Source of the DNA: a virus
Taxonomy: Duplodnaviria; Heunggongvirae; Uroviricota; Caudoviricetes
Reading direction: 5' to 3' (one strand)
Length of the DNA stretch: 64,000 bases
Virus record (IMG/VR): IMGVR_UViG_3300022592_000245
Span: 1 to 64,000 of that record
Below the pieces are notes generated by a model. The model searched no databases, was not told the DNA's origin, and worked only from the letters and a program-made list of their open reading frames with translations. Shown piece after piece: positions 18,002 through 38,444 of the stretch (the first letter of the stretch is position 1; each line of letters opens with the position of its first letter). Both the position numbers and the translations under genes were made by a program.

Positions 18002-18029
18002 AAAGGGTCCTATGGACCCTTTTTTTATG
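17999..18029. terminator. bidirectional rho-independent terminator (AAAAGGGTCCTATGGACCCTTTTTTT)
   Basis: Perfect GC-rich palindrome flanked by an A-run and a T-run, between convergent genes (+ gene ends 18001, - gene ends 18025). Confidence 0.7.
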
Positions 18030-18264
18030 CTTTAGGCGCTTTAGGTGCCTTCGGCTTGCGAGGCTTGTAACTGCCTTGCTTTTTAGGTGCTCCTGCTTTT
18101 TTAGCTGGTGCTTTTTTAGGCTCAGCCGCTGGTGCAATAGATGCTACAACCGCTTCAGTAGCTTGTTCAGCAATAGGCGATACTGCTGGTGTTTCTACTT
18201 TGTACGGTACTTCTGGTGCTGCTTCTGGCTTTTTACCAAAAAAACTTTTAATAAATTTTAACAT
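18025..18264 (-). CDS. Lys/Ala/Pro-rich basic protein (histone H1/AlgP-like KAPKAPKA tail), putative DNA-binding
   Basis: …KKAPAKKAGAPKKQGSYKPRKPKAPKAPKA C-terminus. Confidence 0.45.
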   Translation of the reverse strand: MLKFIKSFFGKKPEAAPEVPYKVETPAVSPIAEQATEAVVASIAPAAEPKKAPAKKAGAPKKQGSYKPRKPKAPKAPKA

Positions 18265-18297
18265 AATGTTAATCTCCTATTGACTATTTATATGCGT

Positions 18298-18642
18298 TTA
18301 TAATTCGCCAATCGTCTTTAGACTGCTTACTGGCATATCCCAAACCTTACGAGCTTCAACTCCTTTGCTTTGTGCAAACTTTTTAGCATCGCAGTTACCG
18401 CAAACATGATATACGCTGTTATTTAAACGGTTGGGATCCATATTTCCTTTATCACGTTTAAATATTCCGTGGCAACAGTCACATTGAAATATTAAAACTG
18501 TTTTTTTACGCAAATATGCGTGTACAGTTCCGTATTTGCTCTTGCGATAATGAGCCTGCTGTGCGTATTCTTGTCCTAAGTACATAAGTGTATTTACATT
18601 AAGGTTATAAAAACATTCTGCTAAATATGATATCGAGGGCAA
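18298..18642 (-). CDS. zinc-ribbon protein (CDCCHG…CGNCD)
   Basis: Two Cys pairs. The start may be an internal Met (MYLGQEY…). Confidence 0.4.
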   Translation of the reverse strand: MPSISYLAECFYNLNVNTLMYLGQEYAQQAHYRKSKYGTVHAYLRKKTVLIFQCDCCHGIFKRDKGNMDPNRLNNSVYHVCGNCDAKKFAQSKGVEARKVWDMPVSSLKTIGEL

Positions 18643-18645
18643 AAC

Positions 18646-29272
<10,627 letters not shown>

Positions 29273-29273
<1 letters not shown>

Positions 29274-30154
29274 TGGCTAAGCAAGTAATCAATATCGGCC
29301 AAACGGCAAATGACAAAAGCGGTGATCCATTACGCACAGCGTTTGCCAAAGTTAATGCAAACTTTGAAGAGTTATATGCCGGTGCAGGCGGAGGAGGAGG
29401 TGGCACAAGTGTAACAGAAGGAACAATGCCGCCAACAAGTCCGGCCGCAGGAGATTTATGGTACGATACAGTTGGCGGTCGTATGTATGTCTATTACGAC
29501 TTAAACTGGGTTGACACTAATCCAGAATTAGGAGGGATACTTAATAGTCTAGAAAATGGTAATAAGATTGTTAGTTTAGGAACGGACGGAACTTTAACTG
29601 TTCCTAGTCCTACTACAAATATATTTACGTTATCGCTTTCTCCTGCACATTACGTATCTACTTTAGGTAAACCGTCACTAGTTTTATCTGGTACGCCTTG
29701 GGTTTTACATGGAGAATTCCAATATGCAGCCAATGGTGATTGTGAACTAATGCTTGATAATATTTGGCCTATTTTAAATAATCCAGGATATTCATCAGGT
29801 GATACATTTACATTTAGTTCGTCAATTCACGGTGTTGAAGGATATGCATTAACTATACAATTAAACAATGTAGTATTGCCGGGAGGCGCAGGATGGACTG
29901 CTAACGTAGCAGCAAGTCAGGCGCCTACATACCCAACGACTGTTAAATCGTTAGGGGCTATTAAATTCACTGCCGGCACTAGCAATGTAGTCATCGGCAC
30001 TGACGGTTCATTAACATTACCAGTAGGTGGAACAATTTCGTATGTTCCTACTACACCTAGTGACTGGGCGGGAACTGCTCCACTAACAATACAAGATGCA
30101 ATAGACAGGTTAGCTACAGTAGTTAAAGCCCTAAATAACGGCACTGGTGCCTAA
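29273..30154 (+). CDS. tail-fibre-like protein sharing the N-terminal anchor domain. Poly-Gly linker
   Basis: MAKQVINIGQTANDKSGDPLRTAFAKVNANFEELY, then GAGGGGGGTS. taATGg overlap with the upstream gene. Confidence 0.6.
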
Positions 30155-30184
30155 TAATAAATATAAGAACAAGGATAAAGAGCG

Positions 30185-32560
30185 ATGGCAATATTAAATT
30201 TTCCAAGCAATCCCCAACTGCATGATCAGTACACGGGTGACAATGGCACAACGTACATATTCGATGGCGTTAAATGGGTAGGTCACGCTGTGGCGCAGCC
30301 CGCAGGTACTAACTCAATCACAAACAATGGACATACAGTACAGGTAGATATCAACGGAAATTTAATAATTCCCACTGGTACACATATATTGTATCAAGAC
30401 GGTACATCGTTAGCGGGCGCACAGGGTCCGCAAGGTGTTAAGGGTGATACGGGTAACAGTGGTACAGTTGATGTCGGTATTACTACAACCGGAATTGCCG
30501 GAAGTAGCGCAGAAGTAGATAATGTTGGTACTGCAACTGCTGCAATATTTAATTTTACAATCCCTCGTGGTGACAAGGGAGATAGAGGATCTGCTGGTCT
30601 TAACGGACAAAATGGCTTGCCTGGTACTAACGGTCTCAACGGTGTCGGACAAAAAGGTGACACAGGCGACAAGGGTGATAAAGGTGACCAAGGTGTTTCA
30701 GTAACACTACAAGGTACAAAAGCAACAATCGCAGATTTACCAGCAGCACCAGTTAATCCAGCAGATTTTGCTGGCCACGGTTGGATCGTCACAACAGGCG
30801 ACGGCGACACACATTTAGATGGTAGCTTGTGGTTCTGGAACTTAACTGATCATGCATGGAACGATGTGGGACAGATTCAAGGTCCAACTGGCCTTAAAGG
30901 TGACAGAGGTGATCGCGGCCTTAAAGGCGATACAGGTACTAACGGACAAAATGGTTCCAACGGTCTAAATGGTTTAGATGGTCAAGGTGTACCTAACGGT
31001 GGAAGTGCTGGACAGATTCTAAGTAAAATAAGCAGTACTGATTTTGATACACACTGGGTAGCTAATGATAGATTATCTGCTGGTGTTGTGTCCGTAGTGT
31101 TAAATGGCGGTGATTCTAAACTACATATTCCGGGATATTTGTTATCACCATACGGTGGACTAAGAGAAAACACTGTTGATGGCGGTTTAAGCGTAGATTC
31201 GTTTAACCAGGCAAGTCTTGTACTTACCAGTAATGGTAGTTCTAACCAATGGATATTTGGAGCAAACGGTGTATTAAACTTGCCACACTCCGTTGACAGC
31301 ATTCATGATGCTATCATCGGTTCAACGTTTAACATTGATCTCAATGCTAACGGTAGCTTTTTCAAATTTAAATCAGACGGTTACTTACAGTTACCTAATG
31401 GCTCTACTATAGGTAGCAGCAATTCATTTGATGGCATTCCGATGACCACAGACCGTGGTACAATATTGTTTGGTAATAGCCCAACAATTGGACAGCCTGA
31501 TCATTTCCATATAGCGAAACAGGATCCAGGTAATCTTAACCTATTCTTAGGAGACGACTCTAACTTTGTAAAGCTACCAAGCTACGGTGGAGTTGAAATT
31601 ACATCTGAAGGTACTGTTCAATATACTTGGACATTTGGTACCGATGGTTCGTTAAGATTACCACAAGGTGCTCAACTGTTAGAAAAGACTTGGTCTACAA
31701 TAGTTACTGGTATTACAATAGGCTCAGAAACATTTGTAACATTTGCTGATACTGAATTTATGATGGTTGAAGAGGGACAGATTGTTATAGATGGCATTAC
31801 TGAAGGTACAACGGAAGCCAACGGCACTTGGTACTATCGAGCAAGTGACGGTAATCAATGCCAGTTGTTTGCAGATGAAAGTTACAGCTTTCCTGTAGAT
31901 AGCACATCATGGACAGCATATACCACTGGCGGTACTGTTACTCTAGTAACAGAACTAGAACTAACTTCGGGAACCAATGCTTGGAAGTTTAGCAGAGATG
32001 GTAGCACAACAGTTCCCAATGGCGGCAAAGTTATCTTTGGTGAGCAGAACGGCGGATCATTTATCGCAGCAGGAATGGGTTTCCACTTTAACAGTACTGA
32101 AGGTATTGCTTTAGATGCAGTCGATGTTCAAACAGATGCCGCACATCCTGTAACACGCACTTGGTATTTTGACCCAGTAGGCTCATTAACACTACCAAAC
32201 TATACTAAACAAGTTGATAGCGCAAACGTAACATGCAATACCGGAATGGATACAGTTATCTACACCGGCTCAAATAATATGCACACGTTTAAGCTATTGA
32301 TTAAAGTTGAAGGCTATGAAGTTCCAAACGAAGGTTGGGACACACAAAGTACAGAAATGATCATTGCTAAGAGTTTTAGAAACAACACAGTGGCCGCAAG
32401 TGCTTACGGTGTAGTGCATACTAGCACAGATCCATTAGCAACATTCTCGGCACGTTGGAATCCAACAATCAGCAGAGTAGAAGTGCTATGCCGCCCAACT
32501 AGTCTAACTTACGGAGTTGAAGTTAGAACATTCGCTACAGAAATCATTACATCAGATTAA
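30185..32560 (+). CDS. collagen-like (G-X-Y repeat) tail fibre protein
   Basis: GPQGVKGDTGNSG, GDKGDRGSAGLNGQNGLPGTNGLNGVGQKGDTGDKGDKGDQG, GPTGLKGDRGDRGLKGDTGTNGQNGSNGLNGLDGQG. Confidence 0.7.
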   Translation: MAILNFPSNPQLHDQYTGDNGTTYIFDGVKWVGHAVAQPAGTNSITNNGHTVQVDINGNLIIPTGTHILYQDGTSLAGAQGPQGVKGDTGNSGTVDVGITTTGIAGSSAEVDNVGTATAAIFNFTIPRGDKGDRGSAGLNGQNGLPGTNGLNGVGQKGDTGDKGDKGDQGVSVTLQGTKATIADLPAAPVNPADFAGHGWIVTTGDGDTHLDGSLWFWNLTDHAWNDVGQIQGPTGLKGDRGDRGLKGDTGTNGQNGSNGLNGLDGQGVPNGGSAGQILSKISSTDFDTHWVANDRLSAGVVSVVLNGGDSKLHIPGYLLSPYGGLRENTVDGGLSVDSFNQASLVLTSNGSSNQWIFGANGVLNLPHSVDSIHDAIIGSTFNIDLNANGSFFKFKSDGYLQLPNGSTIGSSNSFDGIPMTTDRGTILFGNSPTIGQPDHFHIAKQDPGNLNLFLGDDSNFVKLPSYGGVEITSEGTVQYTWTFGTDGSLRLPQGAQLLEKTWSTIVTGITIGSETFVTFADTEFMMVEEGQIVIDGITEGTTEANGTWYYRASDGNQCQLFADESYSFPVDSTSWTAYTTGGTVTLVTELELTSGTNAWKFSRDGSTTVPNGGKVIFGEQNGGSFIAAGMGFHFNSTEGIALDAVDVQTDAAHPVTRTWYFDPVGSLTLPNYTKQVDSANVTCNTGMDTVIYTGSNNMHTFKLLIKVEGYEVPNEGWDTQSTEMIIAKSFRNNTVAASAYGVVHTSTDPLATFSARWNPTISRVEVLCRPTSLTYGVEVRTFATEIITSD

Positions 32561-32573
32561 GGAATAAACAGAA

Positions 32574-35500
32574 ATGACAATGCAACCATTTAAGATTCAA
32601 AGCCCGACACTAAGCATAAACGGTGTTAACATCGATACCAGTGCTCAGGGCAAACTGGTTATTCCAGGTGTTACCCGTGCTGGTACCAGTGTAGCTATCG
32701 AAGTTAACGATACTGGCGACCAAACACACAGTTGGGGAGTAGGTGCCGATTATACACAACTTGTTATCATTGATGGATACCAGTTTGCGGTATTAAACGG
32801 CAATGTAGTAAGCCCAATAGTAGGATGGGAAGTGGCAACGTATGCGGCTAATGCTATTGATGGTGAAGGATACATTGACGGTATTAGCGTAGTAACAGGC
32901 GGTGCTGGTTATACTGGCGAAGCAGTTACTTACTCACAAACTATGTGGGCAACATACGCACCTATGTCTGACCCTATTGCTAACTTTGGTGCAGGGGCTT
33001 GGTTACAGATTCCATTTGCAGTACGTTGCGGCGCTGGCGAGATTCAAAGTGAATTTGGTAGCGGCAGTGGAAGTGGCCTAGTACAGAGATCAGTTAACTA
33101 CCCTTACGGTGAAAGTGGTGACACAGCCGGCACAATGGCTTTAGACCCAAGTGGCAACGTTTATGTTTGTACAGCAGATTGGGCCGATGCCGCACAAACA
33201 TTCGAAGTAGATACTGGGGAAGATTATCTAGCTGGCCAAGCCGCCGGCGACATTGTGTTTAGCATTCCACAATCTGTATACACTAACCTAGCAAGCATTA
33301 TTAATACACAAAATCCAGGCGATTGGACTATTACGTGTTCTCTAGATGATGCCGTTGGAACGTTTGCTGTCAATAGCATTAGTACCTGGAGCTTTAGCTC
33401 AGGTGATTTTAATGGACAACAAGGTTGGGCATTTAACGTTGGAACATTAGGCATCAACTACCCAACAATCAACGAATCTGTACCCGCTGGTACAACTATC
33501 ACTCTAAATTATACAGGCGTACAGCCTGCTATCTGGACACAGTCTAATCTTGGACGCTTATCTGTTGACAATCAAATCCTTACCAGCAGACCGGATCTTA
33601 TTGGTGGCGAAAGTGCTATAGGAGTGTTTAACAACAGTCTTGACATGTTTGTTCAAAGTAATCTAGATCACAGTTTTGCTGAAGTATGGCTACAGAATAG
33701 TGATACCAGTGCTCCAACTGCTAAAATCAATGTTAAGGCCGCAGGTCCAGACTATGGACCAGCAGGAGTACAGACTTGGCAGTTTGATGCTCAAGGTGGA
33801 CTAACATTCCCTGACAACACAGTACAGTCAACAGCCTACACTGGACAAAGTGGATCGAGTGCTGGCGAGCTTTATATATTTGTCAATGCTGATGGCACAG
33901 TCATTACATCAACGGATGGTATCACATGGGGACAACCTCAAGCAAGTGGTGTTCCTGGTTGTGGCAACGATTCAGGCCCGGGTACACAAGGCGGCATAGG
34001 TAAAGCAGAAGTACACGGCGGAGTTATTGTTTACACACGATCAGACATTGGCCTTGACACCATCACTCCACAAACAGGCATGTACTATTCAACTGTAATC
34101 GGCACAGCAACTCTGTGTGCTGGCACTGACTCATTCTTTGGTGACGATTTATTCTGGAATGAAGTACATTACTTTAACGCAACAGCACGTTGGGTAGCGG
34201 TTGGTTTTGCTCAAGGTACAACAATGTATCCAGTAGTGGCACACAGTTTGAACGGTATCAGTTGGACAGTGGTTCCGGCCAATAGTTCATTCTTATACGG
34301 TTACCTAGATGGCTATAGCGCACAGTTTACTGATGTTGTTTACAACGCTGTTTCAAGTCAGTATGTTATTTCCGCTATTCGCACAACACAAGGTCCAGCA
34401 TACGGTGGTATGTTTGTAACCAGCGACATCACAACTGCTATAGATGGCACTAACTGGGTTGATGTTAATATTAACGGTTGGCGTCTTGCCTATTTCCCAC
34501 AGGTTTTCTGGGGAGGCGAAACTGGCCTAGTATTTGTTGTCAATCAAAAGGATGATGGTACATTTGGCTTGTGGGAAGCTACTCCGACTTTTATTAACCC
34601 TACTAACTTGTTGGATCCGGGTAACTGGCAAGCAGAATACGGCTACGGCACTACTAACGGTTGGTTAGAAAGTGCGCTGTTTGATAACTTAGGCTATGTA
34701 CCTGACATCTCGGAGATTGCCTACAACAACAACGTGTTTATTGTTACCACAAGAGATGGACAAGTATTTGTACAACCTGATGCTCCAGCAACTTATGTAA
34801 CAATACCAAGCCCATATACAGCTAACATTAATGATATTGTTCGCAATGCTTCTGGCGATGGATTGCCAACAACTATTCACTTTACTGACATTACTGGTAA
34901 TGGACCAGCCGCAGACGGTGAGAAGATTGTTATCTCGGGAGTAACAAGCCATACAGAAAACAACAGTACTACTCAACAAAGTTACAACGGCACTTACTAT
35001 ATTAAGAACAATGGAGGTTCATACGAGCTATACCTAGATTCAGCATTAACTCAACCGTGGGATACCAGCACCTACTGGCCAGTCGATACTAATACTGGTA
35101 TATTGACTTGGAGTCACGGCGAGTGGCTAGATGCCGCGGGCGTTAGTGGCGACTTTGTGTTTGTGGGCAACGATGACGAACAAGTATTCCGTAGTGCTGA
35201 CTTTGGTTTAACTTGGACACAAGAACAAGATGTAACTGGTCGTTACTTTAATGACTTTGCTTACGGTACATTTGGCAGTGGCGGCGCATTAAACGAACTA
35301 GTAAACGGTGCTCATACTGTTGTACTAGATGCTGATGGCAACTTAAATCTTGAGGATGGCGCCCACTCAGGTCAATATGGTCGTATACAAAGCCTAAACG
35401 GTTATCCAACTCTAATGGCCTACGGTGGCGAAAGTGGCCACGGTGGTCCAGAACTAGACTGGATGGACAGCAATAACCCTACAGCAGATTTCTTTAGCAA

Positions 35501-38435
35501 CACAGCATTGCGTCATTCAATGTACTTAAACAACCAACAAGGGTTGTATATTGGCATGAACGAAAACCAAAAGTCGGGTGTATTCTCAGGCAACTGGAGC
35601 TTTAATACAGATGGCTCATTATCATTGCCACAAGAAAGTATTGTCGGCGGCTTTGTTAACCAAAGTGGTAATGGCAGTTGGAATGAATGGGCAACAGCCG
35701 GTGTTACAGGACCAAACGGTACTGTATATGTTGTAGGCGGCGAAAGCAATATAAATCAATCATTTGTTACAGCGGTAGATAAAACTGGTACTACGTTATG
35801 GAGAAAGAGTATCAACACAATAGATGTTGGTGACGGCTCTGGTAGTAACAATCCACAAGAGATGAACATCAAGTTTGATGTTGCTCATAATCTATTATAT
35901 GCTGGTTTTGACTTTGGTAACAGTACAGGTGTGTTTAGTTTAATACCTGCTACAGGTGTGGTAGATAGCTCTTGGGTTATTAAAGGCGGCACTGATGGTA
36001 ATCAAACTATCTCGCAAAAATCGTTTACTGTTGATGCTGTTGGTGATCCTATTATTGCTGGACACTCGTTCGGTGCTTACAATACCCGTAACGGCTTAAC
36101 TGCTACTAAAGGTACAGACGGCAACGGCTATGATTACATAAGTGTTGCCTTAAGCGATATCACTAGTGATGTTGCATCTATGAACAGCAACTGGGATGTT
36201 GACATTGACGGTACAGGCAACTGGTACGACTCAGACTTTAATACTTACTACGGCATTCCAGCAGTATACAACGGTACTCCGGGTGTGGGCGGTCTTCAGT
36301 TATCAACAGAAGGTACTGCGTACAGCGCAGGCGCAGTAACTGGCTACGACGGGTATGGTATAGACATAGATTCTAGCTTATGGACCGATCAAACTAAGTT
36401 AGGTAATGTACTAGCCCAGACTAACGGTGTACACTTTACAGTTGTGATTGGCAGTTTAACTCCAGGTGTTGATCAAACAGTATATACATTTAGTAGCGTT
36501 AGCGATTGGAGTGTGCCTACTGGTACAGTTTATCACATGGATGGTAACTGGACACTAGTATCCGGAACTGGTACAGTTACTACTTCTACTGACATTATGT
36601 CTATTACCTACGGTTCAGTAATGAAACTTAACCTGTATACATATATCAATCGTAGTAACGGTTTAATATATGATGATGGCGTTAATCTTTTTGATTATGG
36701 AACAAACTATCAAGCTGGCGACACACTGAAGATTCCTGGTAGTTTACTAGGTGGACGTGATGGTGGCTGGATCATGTCAGCTCAGCCTAACGGTACAAAC
36801 GTTAATGGGGACGTATTATTCTTTAGCATAGCGGCTTATCCAACATTGGGAACCGATATTCCAGCTGGTACATTGTTTAGATACCAAGGTGTAAACCATC
36901 TAAATCAAACAGTTGTATCAGTTGTGGACAACGGCGAGGGTGATTGGTTTGTAACTATCACTGGTGGATTATCATCATATGATACTGTAGACTTCTTTGC
37001 TGGTAACGACTATCAGTTTACATGGCAAGGTAGCTACATTTCAGAAGGCCAGTGGCTTCCAGCAGAAGCTGTACGTTTATCAGTGAATCAAACAATCACT
37101 GCACAGATTACATATAACGTAAGAAGTCCCGAAGGACAACAGGCGTTTGTATGGACTCCTAACTGGTCACATACTTACGGTTCAACAAACTATGATGAAT
37201 ACTTCAATGATGTAGCCTATGATGCGGTTAACGATCGAGTACTTGTTACTGGTTATTTCCAGCAAAACGGTAGTGATAGCGAACTTTTAGTCATGTCCCT
37301 GGACAATGCCAATAGCGGTGCTACTATATGGCAAAAGTTTGTCGGAGATAACAACATCGGTAACTATGGTTATAGTAGCAGTATTGATGTTGACAGTAGT
37401 GGCAACGTGTTTACCATTGGTACAAACGACAACGGCCAAGCAATGATTACCAAACAGAACGGTCTAGATGGTTCAATCACGTGGCAGTCTGTACAAACTG
37501 ATCACAACAACTGGAACTATGACCCACAAGGCCGAGTAGACGCAAATGGTGATGTTTATTTTGGCAGAGTATATTACGACAACCGTGTGAATCACTATGT
37601 ACTTGGCCTTACCAAACTCAACAGCGGCAATGGTACCTTAGCATGGTCAAGAAGAATCACTAACATTCAAGGCTACTGGATGTTTGATGGTTGGGATACA
37701 TTCCAACAGGCCATCAGCATTGGTGATGGACAGATACAATGGAGTGGATATGTAAGTGACATCAACAACGACTACAATGATGCCATTACTGTTAGCTTGC
37801 CACTAGACGGTAGCGGCATTGGTACATACGGACGTTGGATTGTAGAAGACGATACCAATACTGCTATACTGTCAGGTAACGATAGCTATCAGATAACTCC
37901 ACCGGTTCCATACGTGGCAACTGATGCTATTACATTCACACTATCCAGCCCAACTATCAACGTAAGTGATGTCAGTGCCGCTGTTATCACTAGAAATAAC
38001 ATCGAGTTGGGCGGTGGATCGATTGTATTTGCCGATGGTAGCGATATTACACAAGCTGGTATTAGTAGAGCACTGACAGATAAGGGTGATAACACTACCT
38101 ACTTGAACTTTGAACACAATGGCAAGTTTATCTACTTTAACGGTAATCAAGGCAGTTCAACCGTTCGTGTTCCGCAAAACAGCGACACCAAACTTCCGAT
38201 AGGATTTACAGTTAGCCTTGTAATAGACAACTTTGACGGTAGTAGTGTATATGTTAACACAAGTAACGATACCAGTAACGGGTTACATGTCAGTGCTGTG
38301 GGATTCAGTCAAACTTATAGCAATAATAACTGGTGGCGTCTTGGCAATGATGGAAACACTGGTATCTACACGCTAATGAAAGTTGATACCAATCGTTGGG
38401 TCCTAAGCGGTCCAAGCATACTAGACGACTATTAA
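32574..38435 (+). CDS. giant virion fibre/structural protein (1953 aa)
   Basis: Gly/Thr/Ser/Asn/Trp-rich beta-structure-like composition, in series with the other fibre genes. Confidence 0.65.
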   Translation: MTMQPFKIQSPTLSINGVNIDTSAQGKLVIPGVTRAGTSVAIEVNDTGDQTHSWGVGADYTQLVIIDGYQFAVLNGNVVSPIVGWEVATYAANAIDGEGYIDGISVVTGGAGYTGEAVTYSQTMWATYAPMSDPIANFGAGAWLQIPFAVRCGAGEIQSEFGSGSGSGLVQRSVNYPYGESGDTAGTMALDPSGNVYVCTADWADAAQTFEVDTGEDYLAGQAAGDIVFSIPQSVYTNLASIINTQNPGDWTITCSLDDAVGTFAVNSISTWSFSSGDFNGQQGWAFNVGTLGINYPTINESVPAGTTITLNYTGVQPAIWTQSNLGRLSVDNQILTSRPDLIGGESAIGVFNNSLDMFVQSNLDHSFAEVWLQNSDTSAPTAKINVKAAGPDYGPAGVQTWQFDAQGGLTFPDNTVQSTAYTGQSGSSAGELYIFVNADGTVITSTDGITWGQPQASGVPGCGNDSGPGTQGGIGKAEVHGGVIVYTRSDIGLDTITPQTGMYYSTVIGTATLCAGTDSFFGDDLFWNEVHYFNATARWVAVGFAQGTTMYPVVAHSLNGISWTVVPANSSFLYGYLDGYSAQFTDVVYNAVSSQYVISAIRTTQGPAYGGMFVTSDITTAIDGTNWVDVNINGWRLAYFPQVFWGGETGLVFVVNQKDDGTFGLWEATPTFINPTNLLDPGNWQAEYGYGTTNGWLESALFDNLGYVPDISEIAYNNNVFIVTTRDGQVFVQPDAPATYVTIPSPYTANINDIVRNASGDGLPTTIHFTDITGNGPAADGEKIVISGVTSHTENNSTTQQSYNGTYYIKNNGGSYELYLDSALTQPWDTSTYWPVDTNTGILTWSHGEWLDAAGVSGDFVFVGNDDEQVFRSADFGLTWTQEQDVTGRYFNDFAYGTFGSGGALNELVNGAHTVVLDADGNLNLEDGAHSGQYGRIQSLNGYPTLMAYGGESGHGGPELDWMDSNNPTADFFSNTALRHSMYLNNQQGLYIGMNENQKSGVFSGNWSFNTDGSLSLPQESIVGGFVNQSGNGSWNEWATAGVTGPNGTVYVVGGESNINQSFVTAVDKTGTTLWRKSINTIDVGDGSGSNNPQEMNIKFDVAHNLLYAGFDFGNSTGVFSLIPATGVVDSSWVIKGGTDGNQTISQKSFTVDAVGDPIIAGHSFGAYNTRNGLTATKGTDGNGYDYISVALSDITSDVASMNSNWDVDIDGTGNWYDSDFNTYYGIPAVYNGTPGVGGLQLSTEGTAYSAGAVTGYDGYGIDIDSSLWTDQTKLGNVLAQTNGVHFTVVIGSLTPGVDQTVYTFSSVSDWSVPTGTVYHMDGNWTLVSGTGTVTTSTDIMSITYGSVMKLNLYTYINRSNGLIYDDGVNLFDYGTNYQAGDTLKIPGSLLGGRDGGWIMSAQPNGTNVNGDVLFFSIAAYPTLGTDIPAGTLFRYQGVNHLNQTVVSVVDNGEGDWFVTITGGLSSYDTVDFFAGNDYQFTWQGSYISEGQWLPAEAVRLSVNQTITAQITYNVRSPEGQQAFVWTPNWSHTYGSTNYDEYFNDVAYDAVNDRVLVTGYFQQNGSDSELLVMSLDNANSGATIWQKFVGDNNIGNYGYSSSIDVDSSGNVFTIGTNDNGQAMITKQNGLDGSITWQSVQTDHNNWNYDPQGRVDANGDVYFGRVYYDNRVNHYVLGLTKLNSGNGTLAWSRRITNIQGYWMFDGWDTFQQAISIGDGQIQWSGYVSDINNDYNDAITVSLPLDGSGIGTYGRWIVEDDTNTAILSGNDSYQITPPVPYVATDAITFTLSSPTINVSDVSAAVITRNNIELGGGSIVFADGSDITQAGISRALTDKGDNTTYLNFEHNGKFIYFNGNQGSSTVRVPQNSDTKLPIGFTVSLVIDNFDGSSVYVNTSNDTSNGLHVSAVGFSQTYSNNNWWRLGNDGNTGIYTLMKVDTNRWVLSGPSILDDY

Positions 38436-38444
38436 GGATCCACA

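Noticed and set aside
30420-30960. Possible CRISPR-like or satellite repeat in the regular GGTGA(T/C)A(A/C)AGG nucleotide periodicity
   Set aside because: The periodicity is the codon-level consequence of collagen G-X-Y repeats inside a long ORF. There are no spacers or direct repeats of CRISPR type.
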